64,000 nt of DNA. Source: an uncultured delta proteobacterium. GTDB taxonomy: Bacteria > Myxococcota_A > Polyangia > Polyangiales > Polyangiaceae. Below the pieces are notes generated by a model. It was not told where the DNA came from. It searched no databases and saw only the letters and a list, made by a program, of their open reading frames with translations. Location: the NCBI GenBank assembly GCA_963696385.1, contig CAVOKF010000001.1, positions 320,001-384,000 on the forward strand, read 5' to 3'. Below are positions 10,280 to 21,135 of this stretch, piece after piece. Position 1 is the stretch's first letter. Each line of letters begins with the position of its first letter. Position numbers and translations under genes: made by a program.

Positions 10280-10925
10280 TCAAATCGTCGGCGGCGTCGA
10301 CTCGCGCCCGTCCCACGTGGTCGTCGTGTCGAAGACGAGGTTGGTGGATGGCGGCGGGCGGCGGAACAAGAAAGCTGGCCGCCGACCCCCGCGGAGCCCG
10401 GCGCGATGCTGCAGACCTTCGGATTCGTCGCGGACTCGAGGGTGAAGCCGGCATTCTCGGGGATGCCGATCTGGACGCGAATGAGGCCGTATTCGGTGAC
10501 CTCGCTCGAGAAGGACTTGTCCGGCCCTCGCGACGGGCTCGTCGGAGGACAGTCCGATCCGTCGACGGGAGCGAAGAGCGGATCGTGCGCAGAGAGCGCC
10601 TGCGCGGACCCTGGCGTCAACGTCCACGCATCCTGCTCAAGGTGGCACGTATTGCACGTGCGCCCGTTCGTACCGAGGTTCGCGAAGAAGCCGTTCGTCG
10701 TCACGGTAGCAAAGTCGTTCGTCGACGTGGTCGCCTGCGACGGGCCCTGGTTGCCCTCATCTTTCTCGGACGGCAAGCCTTTCGATTGAACGGACGACAT
10801 CCATTGAATCGACGACGTGAGCGGATCGTCCGCGCCGCTGGCCGCCGCCGTACAGCCGGCCATCGCAATCACGGACACGGCCACCACGGGTCGGGGGAAG
10901 GCGGCATCGCTGTTTCGTTGCTCAT
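10280..10925 (-). pseudogene. Truncated cytochrome c peroxidase-like (CxxCH) protein
   Basis: FFANLGTNGRTCNTCH, DPLFAPVDGSDCP, GLIRV; shifted frame LFRRPPPSTNL...WDGRE, then it ends. Confidence 0.7.
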
Positions 10926-11163
10926 GTTCGGCGGTATGTGCACCTGCCGGTCCATCCACAAACTCCCGCGAAAAACGGCATCCGTCGGAAAGCGTGCGTA
11001 TCCGATCGGACATCAACGTCATGTCCGATCGGACATGAATCCACCCTGTAGGCCCGGCGTTGCGCGCGTTCCGCAGCAGGCCTCATACTTGCCTGTGGCA
11101 AGAGGGATGCTCGACGCGCTCGACGGACGGCTGCAGTACGGATCGGGGCTACGCGCGCAGCGC
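10916..11163. repeat. Copy 2 of the divergent regulatory cassette
   Basis: Palindromes at 10999-11013 and 11019-11038 (centres 23 bp apart); minus-strand TGGACCGGCAGGTGCA at 10939-10954; plus-strand TTGCGC-N18-CATACT at 11060-11089. Confidence 0.9.
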
Positions 11164-11622
11164 GCGGCGGAGGCGTCGCTTCTGGTCATGGTGTTGTTCA
11201 CCAGCGATCTGCGCTTCGCGTATGTGGCCCTGGGCTTGTTCGTGGTGCAGGCGATTTCGCCGCGGCTCGTTCCCGTCGGCGTGCTCGTTGCCTCGATCGT
11301 CCCGGACCGAAAGCGTCACGCGGTGGGCGACCTGTACTTCGATCTCGCCGGCAGCCGCGGCTCATGCGCGATCGCGGCGCTGATCATCGCGGGCGGGATC
11401 GCGCTCGTCCACTCGGGGCTGCGCGCGGCGGGATTCCTCCTCCTCGCGCTGCCCACCGCTGGGGCCGTTCTCGCCCCCGCCGTGGGGTTCTGCCCCGGAG
11501 TCACGACCTACGTGCTGATACGGGAGGCGTTCGCGCGAATTGGACTGGTCACGAGGTGTCCCCATGGTGCATGCGATGTCGACGTCGACCGCGAAGAAGT
11601 CGCTCGCGGTCATCAACGGTAA
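11107..11622 (+). CDS. DUF4395-like membrane protein
   Basis: About 4 hydrophobic helices, VGFCPG..TY motif, Cys-containing tail RCPHGAC; GAGGG RBS. Confidence 0.7.
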   Translation: MLDALDGRLQYGSGLRAQRAAEASLLVMVLFTSDLRFAYVALGLFVVQAISPRLVPVGVLVASIVPDRKRHAVGDLYFDLAGSRGSCAIAALIIAGGIALVHSGLRAAGFLLLALPTAGAVLAPAVGFCPGVTTYVLIREAFARIGLVTRCPHGACDVDVDREEVARGHQR

Positions 11623-12699
11623 CTGCTCGCTCCGTCGCAACGTGGCGGTGCAGCCGTTCGGGCGCTGCACGGTCTGCACGTTGAAGTTCGAGCAGTGCCA
11701 TGCGTGGCAGTCGAGCTCGATGAGTTACGTGCTCGTCGTCGCCATCCTGGTGCCGCTCGTGGTCCACGAGGCGTGGGCCGTTCAGGCGAGCGTCGCGGCG
11801 GCGCTCGCCCTTCTCCTGCTGCAGGGCGTCGTCAACCACAAGCGGACCGATCAGCTGATCCTCGCTCAGCACGAGCTCTCTCGCACCTCAGACGAGCTTC
11901 GCGCCGCGAACCGCAAGCTGGAGGAAGCGCGGATGGGCCTGGAGCGCGAGGTCTTGGTACGCACCGAGCGCCTGCGTGAGACGAACGTAGCCCTCGCCCG
12001 CACGAACCTCGAGCTCGCCGAGCTGGTCCAGCGTCGCGAGCACATGGTCCTCGATCTCTCGCACGACCTGAGGACGCCCCTCACGTCGGTGAAGGGTGCC
12101 GCGCAGAACATGCTCGACGGCCTGGCCGGCCCACTCACCGGCGACCAGCGCGAGTACGTCGAGATCATCCGCGACCACGCGGAGCGACTGATGGGTGCCG
12201 TCAGCAAGCTGCTCGACGCCGCACGCGCGTGCGTGGTGCGCGTGGTCCTGGAGACGGCCCCCGTGGACGTCGGGGCGCTCTCGCGCGAAGTGGTCAAGAG
12301 CCTGCAGCCGATCGCCGACGAGCGCGGCGTGCACCTCCACGTGCGCGCTCCGGTGGCGCAGACGCTCGCCGACGGAGCCAAGCTCCGGAAGGTGGTCGAG
12401 AACCTCGTCGGCAACGCGCTCAAGTTCACCGACCGCGGCGGTACGGTGAGGGTCGAGGTCTCGCCGGACCCGGACGAGGTCCGGGTCGTTGTCGAGGATG
12501 ACGGCATCGGAATGGAGGCGGACCACGCGAGTCGAATTTTCGATCGCTTCTACCGTGCGCGCGAGGACAGGCCAGGTTCGGGGCTCGGCCTGTGCATCGC
12601 GCGCGATCTCGTGCGTCTGCACGGCGGTGACCTCTTGGTGAAGAGCGCGCCCGGCCAGGGGAGCACCTTCGCCGTGGTGCTGCCTCGGGGAGCGGCAGC

Positions 12700-12703
<4 letters not shown>
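11540..12703 (+). CDS. Sensor histidine kinase with Cys-rich N-terminus and 2 TM helices
   Basis: H-box LSHDLRTPLT, N-box NLVGNALKFT, DDGIG, GSGLGL; true start may be a few codons downstream. Confidence 0.93.
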
Positions 12704-14079
<1,376 letters not shown>

Positions 14080-14149
14080 GTCCCAGCGACCTGCGAGAAA
14101 GGAAGATGGGCCCCCATGGATAACCGCACCTACGAAAACAACAACGAGG

Positions 14150-14223
14150 ACTCCGAGTTCTGCAAGCGTGAGAACAGAGGGCGGCCCGTATTGTTCGAAA
14201 CGAAGGGCCTTCATCGTTTTCAT
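14150..14223 (-). pseudogene. N-terminal remnant of an MDR/quinone oxidoreductase
   Basis: MKTMKALRFEQYGPPSVLTLAEL after a GGAG RBS; nothing similar follows. Confidence 0.55.
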
Positions 14224-14459
14224 CGTGCGCTCTCCGCATTTCTCCTGTCGCGTCGACGTGAGCTGCGCGGGTCCAGGGCTGCGCCAGCACCGGCTAAAAA
14301 GTCCGGGCTGAAGCACGTCCCGAAGGGGACGTGACCGTTGCTCCGATCCCGGCAAAAGGCGATCGAGATAGCCGGGATCGTGAGACGGGGGCGGTGGCGT
14401 TGCGGTCTCGTGCAACTCGCCGACTCGGTTGGAACGCTCCCTGTGCACCGCCGTCCAGT

Positions 14460-15464
14460 CTACTTGTCAGCGAAGAGAAACGACGAAGGAAGGCCGGCGC
14501 CGGGGTGGACGCCGGCAGGCTTCAGGCCGGCGCCGGTGAACCAGCCCGTGTAGTCTTCGACCGAATACGTCTGGCCTTTTCGCGTCCACATGAGCATCGA
14601 AAGGGCGAAGAGCGCTCCCATGGGGTTTTTGAGCTCTGCGTCGTAAAGGAAATCCTGTACGGCGACGCGGCCGCCCGGCGCCAACGACGCGGCCACCTTC
14701 TTGGTGAGGGACGCGCACGTCGGCGCGTCGAAGTGGTGGTACACGTGGCTCAAGAGGATCAGGTCGTACGGGCCCTGATAGTCCACATCGAACAAGTTGC
14801 CCTCGATGTAGCGGACGCGCGTGGAGTCGACGCCCGCTCGCTGGGCCCACCGCCTGGTCTCGACGAGCACGTTCGGCCAGTCGAGCGAGGTCAGGTGCAC
14901 GGTCGGGCGTGACGCGAGCGTGAAGCCATAGAGACCGCTGCCCGCGGCGACGTCGAGCACGCGAACCTTTTTTCGGCCCGCGAACCACGGCGCCAGGAGA
15001 GCATCGAGCGCGCTCGCGGCGGGGCCCGCCATGGCCGCAGTCGACCGTGCGAACTCCTCCCAGAACGAATGGCCAGGCGTCTCCGCGTGCTCCGCCATGA
15101 TCGTGCCGTCGTGGCGCACGGCCTCGGCAATTTTGTCGGACCCCGAAAAAAATAGGGAGCTCGTGAAGATGAGCGCCAGGTCGCCCAAGTACGTGGGTTT
15201 GCCCCGTACGAGGAACTGCTCGGTGACCGGCGGCAGCGCATACGCCGCTCCCCTCTTCTGGAGGAGTCCAAGCGCGGCGAGGGCGTCGACGAGGATCCGT
15301 GTGCCACGCTCTGGGCAATCGATAGCGCGCGCAATGGCCGGCACCGTGGCGTCGCCTTCGGAAATCTTGGTGAACACGCCGAGCTGAATGCCCGCCTTCA
15401 AGATTCCGCTCGCCTGAACGCCCTGCATCATCTGCATCAACGCTTCGGGTCCCTGTTGGTTCAC
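14460..15464 (-). CDS. SAM-dependent O-methyltransferase (dimerisation domain + Methyltransf_2)
   Basis: LKAGIQLGVF, VLDVAAGSG, LDWPNV, YDLILLSHVYHHFD; GTG start after GGAGG. Confidence 0.9.
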   Translation of the reverse strand: MNQQGPEALMQMMQGVQASGILKAGIQLGVFTKISEGDATVPAIARAIDCPERGTRILVDALAALGLLQKRGAAYALPPVTEQFLVRGKPTYLGDLALIFTSSLFFSGSDKIAEAVRHDGTIMAEHAETPGHSFWEEFARSTAAMAGPAASALDALLAPWFAGRKKVRVLDVAAGSGLYGFTLASRPTVHLTSLDWPNVLVETRRWAQRAGVDSTRVRYIEGNLFDVDYQGPYDLILLSHVYHHFDAPTCASLTKKVAASLAPGGRVAVQDFLYDAELKNPMGALFALSMLMWTRKGQTYSVEDYTGWFTGAGLKPAGVHPGAGLPSSFLFADK

Positions 15465-15471
15465 GGTTCCT

Positions 15472-15507
15472 CCTCTTCGCGCAAGACCGCCTCTTCGCGC
15501 AAGACCG
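15472..15507. repeat. 18-bp direct repeat x2 at the methyltransferase RBS
   Basis: CCTCTTCGCGCAAGACCG occurs twice in tandem. Confidence 0.85.
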
Positions 15508-15789
15508 CGCGAACGACACCCTATGCCGAGCTCTCGCAATTCACAATGGCGCGCAAGTTCTCGGTTCCCCTGAGGGCCGACTCACCCCATTCGTGGAGCA
15601 AACGCTGGGCCGATTCGGCCTGCCGCGGAGCGCTCGCCCGACAGGCAAGCGGCGCGGTTTCTCAGCGCGCCGCCCTTCGAGGGAGGCGACCACGGGCACG
15701 GTGCCGGACCAGTGCGCGGCGCATCCGCTGACGGCGCAAGAAAAGCTCGAACACGGCCCGTGTCGTAGTCGCCTGGAGGACAGCGCAAC

Positions 15790-15990
15790 GCACGGCTCTG
15801 TCGTAGAGGTGGTAGCCCGCGAAGGGCGGACACCAGTTTGCGAGTTCGCGCGTGAGTCGACGTTCGGCCAAGTCGTCCATGAGGCACGCCAACCCGAAGC
15901 CAGCGCGTGCGGTGTTCAACATCGAAGGCATGCGGTTGAAAATGAGCTGCCCGTCGACCCGCATCCTCAGCTCGCGCCCCCGCAGCTCCT
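15790..15990 (-). pseudogene. LysR substrate-binding domain remnant
   Basis: RELRMRVDGQLIFN..MLNTARAGFGLA...WCPPFAGYHLY; divergent from an SDR gene. Confidence 0.7.
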
Positions 15991-16065
15991 GCTCATCCGT
16001 CGAAACACGGGCTGGCGCGTGTTCGATCCAGTAGCCTTGCCCCCCTTCGAATCGAGGAACTCAAC

Positions 16066-16893
16066 ATGGCGAACAAGATGTGGTTCATTACCGGCACATC
16101 GCGCGGCTTCGGACGTGAATGGACAATCGCAGCCCTCGACCGTGGCGACGAAGTGGCTGCCACCGCGCGCGATACGCGTGCCCTGAGGGATCTCGTTTCC
16201 AAATACGGAGATCGCATCCTCCCCCTCGTGCTCGACGTGCAGGACCGTTCGGCGTGCTTCGCCGCGGTCGACCAGGCGCAGAAGCATTTCGGCCGCTTGG
16301 ACATCGTGATCAACAACGCGGGCTACGGGCAGTTCGGGTTGATCGAAGAGCTCTCGGAGAAGGAGCTCCGCGATCAACTGGAGACGAACGTCTTCGGCGC
16401 CTTCTGGGTCACCCAGGCTGCGCTCCCCCATCTGCGGAAGCAGAAAAGCGGTCACATCCTCCAGGTCTCCTCGATCGGCGGGATCTCCGCCTTTGCGGGC
16501 ATCGGTGCGTACCACGCATCCAAGTGGGCGCTCGAAGGGTTTACCCAGGCGCTCGCCCAGGAGGTTGCGGACTTCGGCATTCACGTCACCCTCATCGAGC
16601 CGGGCGGCTTCGACACGGACTGGGGCGGAGCGTCGGCCAAACGCGCGAAGGAGATGCCCGAATACGCCGAGGTCCGCGAGAGGATCAACGAGCAGCGCAA
16701 GGCGCGCATCGGCAAGCAGGGCGATCCCAGGGCCTCGGCCCGCGCGCTCTTGAAGGTCGTCGACGCGAAGGAGCCGCCGCTCCGCGTTTTCTTCGGCGCG
16801 GCGCCTCTCGGGATCGCGAAGGCCGACTACGCGAAGCGGTTGGCGGGGTGGGAGAAGTGGCAGCCCGTCGCGCTCGAGGCGCAGGGCGACTGA
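16066..16893 (+). CDS. Short-chain dehydrogenase/reductase
   Basis: WFITGTSRGFG, NNAGYG, YHASK. Confidence 0.95.
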   Translation: MANKMWFITGTSRGFGREWTIAALDRGDEVAATARDTRALRDLVSKYGDRILPLVLDVQDRSACFAAVDQAQKHFGRLDIVINNAGYGQFGLIEELSEKELRDQLETNVFGAFWVTQAALPHLRKQKSGHILQVSSIGGISAFAGIGAYHASKWALEGFTQALAQEVADFGIHVTLIEPGGFDTDWGGASAKRAKEMPEYAEVRERINEQRKARIGKQGDPRASARALLKVVDAKEPPLRVFFGAAPLGIAKADYAKRLAGWEKWQPVALEAQGD

Positions 16894-17197
16894 GGCCGCT
16901 CCGGGCTCAGTCGGGCGGCGCCCCAGGACGGTTTCATCCTCTCCCGGCCGGGCATGCCGCCGAGCGCACGCGCCCACGAGTCGAACCGGAGCGGCATCGG
17001 CGACATCGCGGTCCACGACCGCGGATGCCCCCCAAATCCATCGGACCGCAAGTCGCATGTGGCGCAACCTGGCGCAGGGCATCGCCGGTAAGTGCAGGAC
17101 TCGGGCGGGGGCACGACGGTGGGGCCGCAAGCAGCTGCGCGTCGCCCGAAGGGGACGCATCCGGGATCGCGAGCGGGCTCGGAGTGAGACGCGTGGG

Positions 17198-17263
17198 TCT
17201 TCCTTGCCTCCCCCGGCGCGGTATCGCAACGACCGTCACCGACGCCAGCAACATGGCATCTAC
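17198..17263 (-). repeat. 66-bp dispersed repeat, probable mobile-element end (inverted copy at 34139..34204)
   Basis: 63/66 identity with the reverse complement of 34139-34204 by manual alignment. Confidence 0.85.
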
Positions 17264-17289
17264 CCGCTAGGAGGGCATGACGTACGACC

Positions 17290-17420
17290 TGGATAGTAGG
17301 TGCTCGGCGACATCCCAAACACCCGGCACATCACGCGCACCTCGAAGGAAGCCTTCTCCGCCCGAATAAACCGGTACAGGTCTACTCGAGGTCCTTGGCG
17401 AAGAAGGCCAACTTTCGCCA
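17290..17420 (-). mobile_element. IS3-family remnant (orfA end / orfB start)
   Basis: LAFFAKDLE* followed by YRFIRAEKASFEVRVMCRVFGMSPSTYY. Confidence 0.75.
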
Positions 17421-17736
17421 TTCGCAACGTTTCCTACTCACTCCAATCAATCGCTTGGGTAAGCTCAAGCCCATCAAGGGCTTTCGCTTCCTTTGGAGAA
17501 AAACTCCAAAGGCGTACCCTTCCAGAACCATCCCAGCCCTAATTAGAGCGGCCTATGGCCGCATTATGGCCGCATAGCCCATCGTTGCTACGCCCTGCTC
17601 CGCCTACGGCTTCGCTGGGCTACGGCGCGGCGCGCTACGCTTGCCGAAGAAGCTCGGCAATAAAAAGAGCGCGTTTCGAGGCGGGCGGCAGAAGATGCTC
17701 CGTCCGAGCCCGCTGGAGCTTCCTCTGATTGACGCT

Positions 17737-18027
17737 ATGGCCCGCCCCATCACGCTTGCCGACCTGCCCGAAGACCTCGCGCGCTCCGCCCCGGCGCAGA
17801 TCGCGTCAGGGCAATCGGCCTCGGTCGAGGATGCGTTGCGCGCCGGGGCCGAGGCGCTCCGCCCGTGCGACGAGTTCCAGGACGAGTGGCTAAGCTACGC
17901 CCGCCAGCGGTTTGCGGAAGGCCGCGCGGCCTTCGCGCGCGGCGATGTCGTCCACGTCACGCCCGACGAACTCATGGACGGGATTGAAGTCGACCTTTCG
18001 CAGCGGGGAGCAGAGCATGAAGCTTGA
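17737..18027 (+). CDS. ParD-like antitoxin, orphan and possibly degenerate
   Basis: LPEDLAR...QIASGQSASVEDALRAG...FAEGRAAFARGD; no parE follows. Confidence 0.6.
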   Translation: MARPITLADLPEDLARSAPAQIASGQSASVEDALRAGAEALRPCDEFQDEWLSYARQRFAEGRAAFARGDVVHVTPDELMDGIEVDLSQRGAEHEA

Positions 18028-18247
18028 ACTGAAGCCCGAGATCGAGGCAGGTCTGGTGGCCCAGGCCAGTGCGCGCGGGCTCTCGCTCGAAGCCTACCTT
18101 GACGATGTGCTATCCACCGCCGCTGCCGACAAAGCGCGCCCGACAAGCCGGAAGAGCCTCGCGCAATTGTTCGCTGAATCGCCGCTCAAAGGTCTCGACC
18201 TCAAGTTTGAGCGCGACCCGGACGCGGGCCGTCCGATCAAACTGTGA
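18017..18247 (+). CDS. vapB: VapB-like antitoxin
   Basis: LELKPEIEAGLVAQASARGLSLEAYL; overlaps the PIN gene start (GTGA). Confidence 0.75.
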   Translation: MKLELKPEIEAGLVAQASARGLSLEAYLDDVLSTAAADKARPTSRKSLAQLFAESPLKGLDLKFERDPDAGRPIKL

Positions 18248-18672
18248 GCGGGTTCCTGCTCGATACGAACGTACCATCCGGGCTGACGCGCCCTCAGTCC
18301 GATCCCCATGTCGAGGACTGGCTCGACGCCGTGGACGACGAGCAGCTTTTCCTGAGCGTCGTGTCGCTGGGCGAGATGCTCAAGGGCCTCACCGTGCTTC
18401 CTGCAAGCAAGCGCCGCCGGGAATTGCAACAGTGGATAAACGAGACGCTCCGCCCCTGGTTTGATGGCCGGGTACTGCCGGTAACCGAGCGCATCGCCGA
18501 GCGCTGGGGCATTCTGGCCGGAGAATGCAACCTCAAAGGCAGGGGCTTATCGATGGCGGACGGCTTGATCGTCGCCACGGCACTGGAGCATGGCCTGACG
18601 GTTGCCACTCGCAACGTGCGGGACTTTGCCGACCTCGGCGTCAACATCTTCGATCCGTGGTCGCCTTCGTAG
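18244..18672 (+). CDS. vapC: VapC PIN-domain toxin
   Basis: FLLDTNV, LSVVSLGE, DGLIVATALEHGLTVATRNVRDF...DPW. Confidence 0.93.
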   Translation: MSGFLLDTNVPSGLTRPQSDPHVEDWLDAVDDEQLFLSVVSLGEMLKGLTVLPASKRRRELQQWINETLRPWFDGRVLPVTERIAERWGILAGECNLKGRGLSMADGLIVATALEHGLTVATRNVRDFADLGVNIFDPWSPS

Positions 18673-18737
18673 ACCGTTGACAGTTTCCGGGAGGATTCAA
18701 ACGCCGCTTCCCCCTCCCGTCCGGCCTCGCGCCTGAC

Positions 18738-18850
18738 GGCTGTCCTGGCTCCTCGGGCCGTCCGCCGGTTCAGGCCGCGGCGCGGTAGTCATGATGAAGG
18801 CCGCCGAGCACGGGGATGGCGCCGACGGAACAGGCGAGCCGGGCCCGGCT
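18738..18850 (-). mobile_element. 3' remnant of an rve (integrase-core) transposase
   Basis: Minus strand encodes AIPVLGGLHHDYRAAA*, the same C-terminal signature as the ORF ending at 29163. Confidence 0.6.
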
Positions 18851-19391
18851 CTTCTAGCGCTAGCGCGCGATCTCTGCGCGGTCGCAGTTACGGTCATCAC
18901 GCTGATTCCCCGCTCCGAGCCCGCCCATCTGATCGCGTTCCACCGCTTCGTCGAGGTCACCTACGCTGTGGCCTGTGCGCTGGCCTACACCGTGTCGAGG
19001 GATCTGGCTCTACGGTGTCGGCGAGGAAGTGGTGGCTTGACGTGAGCCATCGCGGCGCGTCCGTCACCGGCGTGGACGTCGGAGAGCTTCGTGCGGGCGA
19101 TGTGCAGAGGGATCCCCTGTGTGGAGGCTCCACGGTCGAGACGTCGCACGCACGAAAGAACGAGAAGAGAGCCATCGCTCAAGAACTGGAGGGGTCGTTC
19201 CATAGGGCGCGTTCGCTGTCACTGGATCGCCGTCGAATCGGCCATGGTGGGTGGATCGCGGTGGTGGACGGTGCTTGACAACCACCGCGCGGTCGGGGTA
19301 CGCCGCTGAAGGATTTCGCGGGGGCTGGATTTTCACCGGATCGGTGGTGGCGAGCCCGCCTCTCGTGACGCGGCTGGATCGAGGAGGACCC

Positions 19392-20924
19392 GTGATTCGA
19401 CAGAGGTTGGGTCTCGCATTCATCTTTTCGCTGACTTGTACGGCCTTCGTCGCGTGCGGAACGAAGACGGGGTCCGGCGGCCCCGTGTCCGCTGGCGTAA
19501 CTCCGGTCGCAAACGAACCCGATGACGGCGGAGCCGGGCAGGGGGTCTCTCAAGGTGACACGCAAAGCGACGGGGACGCGGCGGCTGCACACGTCAGCCC
19601 TGCGGGCACCGGCCAGGATGCTTCAAGTTCAGGCCCCAGCCCTTCGAGCACCGGTCAGCAGGGCGATGCGGGGGCTGGCCCGAGCGTTGTGAACAGCCAG
19701 GACGCCTCGGGGAGCGGCCCGACCGCTTTCGATGCGGGCCAGGATGCTGCAGCCGCGGGGCACGGAGACGGGGCCGCTCCAAGCCATGACGCTGGCGACG
19801 CGAGCATCACCGCAGCCGAGGATGCGAGCGTCACTGCAGCCGAGGACGCGAGCGTCACCGCAGCCGGGGACGCGAGCGTCACCGCAGCCGAGGGCGATGG
19901 GGGAAGCTGCACGGTCGCGCCCGGATCGATTGTCAGCGTTTTCACCGACCCCGTGACGACCACAGACATCTCGCCGCCGAACCCGCCGGGCATCACCTTC
20001 ACGGACACAGACGGAAATCTGGTCGACGCCCACGGCGGCGGCATCATCAAGGTGTGCGATACCTTTTATCTTCACGGACAGTACTTCCTGCCGACCACGA
20101 CGAATAACTACTTCAACGGCTTCTCGATGTATTCGTCGAAAGATTTGGTGACCTGGAAGAACGAGGGAATCATCCTTCCCCAGCAACCAAGCGGCCTGCT
20201 CGGGCCGGTACGGAAGGGTGAGAGGCCCCACATCATCCAGTGCCCGAGCACCGGGGAGTTCGTCCTCTACGCCCATGCCTCCGACATCACGCACGAGGTG
20301 GACAAGGAAGTCGTTTACGCAACCTCCCCCACGGTCAACGGAGTTTACTCGTTCAAGGGCGAGCTGATGAACGCGAATGGCGAGATCGCCGCGCACAGTG
20401 ACATGAGCGCCCTGACGGACGGCAACAACGCTTATGTCGTAACGGAGAGTGGCTGGGTTTATCCGCTCGCCACCGATTGTCACAGCTGGCTTTCGGCCAA
20501 TCAATATCCGGCCGTCAACGGCAATACCGGCGGCAGCGAAGCTCCGACCGTGTTCAGGGCGGGCAGCACGCTCTACTGGATCGGTTCTGCCAAGACCGGG
20601 TGGCAAGCCAACGACGATTTCTATTCGACGGCACCTGACATGATGGGCCCCTGGACGTACCAGGGCTATCTTGCTCCCGTCGGCAAGGACACCTGGATGA
20701 CGCAGTCGACGTGGGTCATGCCGATCGCGGGCAGTCATGGAACGGTCTACATGTACTGGGGCGATCACTGGTACGGCCAGGACACGGGCGATCCGGGCCT
20801 ACACAACAATCTGGCCACGTTCGTATTTCAGCCGCTCATTTTCACAGGAACGGCGATATCCATGCCGACCTATCAGGTCAGCTGGAAGCTCGATATCGGC
20901 GCGGGCACCTGGTCGCCGAACTAG
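19392..20924 (+). CDS. GH43 glycoside hydrolase lipoprotein (GH43_24 exo-beta-1,3-galactanase-like)
   Basis: Lipobox FVAC; DTDGNLVDAHGGGI, YSSKDLVTW, ERPHI, EAP, TQS, YWGDHW; GTG start after GAGGAGG. Confidence 0.85.
   Translation: MIRQRLGLAFIFSLTCTAFVACGTKTGSGGPVSAGVTPVANEPDDGGAGQGVSQGDTQSDGDAAAAHVSPAGTGQDASSSGPSPSSTGQQGDAGAGPSVVNSQDASGSGPTAFDAGQDAAAAGHGDGAAPSHDAGDASITAAEDASVTAAEDASVTAAGDASVTAAEGDGGSCTVAPGSIVSVFTDPVTTTDISPPNPPGITFTDTDGNLVDAHGGGIIKVCDTFYLHGQYFLPTTTNNYFNGFSMYSSKDLVTWKNEGIILPQQPSGLLGPVRKGERPHIIQCPSTGEFVLYAHASDITHEVDKEVVYATSPTVNGVYSFKGELMNANGEIAAHSDMSALTDGNNAYVVTESGWVYPLATDCHSWLSANQYPAVNGNTGGSEAPTVFRAGSTLYWIGSAKTGWQANDDFYSTAPDMMGPWTYQGYLAPVGKDTWMTQSTWVMPIAGSHGTVYMYWGDHWYGQDTGDPGLHNNLATFVFQPLIFTGTAISMPTYQVSWKLDIGAGTWSPN
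19797..19892 (+). repeat. 24-bp in-frame tandem repeat x4 (DASVTAAE)
   Basis: GA(C/T)GCGAGC(A/G)TCAC(C/T)GCAGCCG(A/G)G occurs four times. Confidence 0.95.
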
Positions 20925-21135
20925 ATAGCGTCGTCTTGGTCGCCTCGCCGCCGTCCCGGAACGCAAGCCGCTCGACAGCCGGACGGTTGTCGTTTTCGTG
21001 ACTGCATTCCCGCGCCCCATCCGCTCGCGTCGCGACTCATCGCCCGATGCGTTGCCGCATCCGGCGCAAGCTTCGCTTCCGGCGCGGCGACCGTAACCTC
21101 CCCTCACGTCACGCTCGCGTGCAATAGTCGCCGCG

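Noticed and set aside
11050..11063. GGCCCGGCGTTGC as a sigma54 promoter for the DUF4395 operon
   Set aside because: GG-to-GC spacing is 9, not 10; the conserved TTGCGC-N18-CATACT explains the conservation better.
17581..17650. REP-like GCTACG/GCCTACG repeats
   Set aside because: No second copy in the window and no clear stem.
19797..19892. Possible CRISPR array
   Set aside because: Contiguous in-frame 24-bp units with no spacers and no cas genes.
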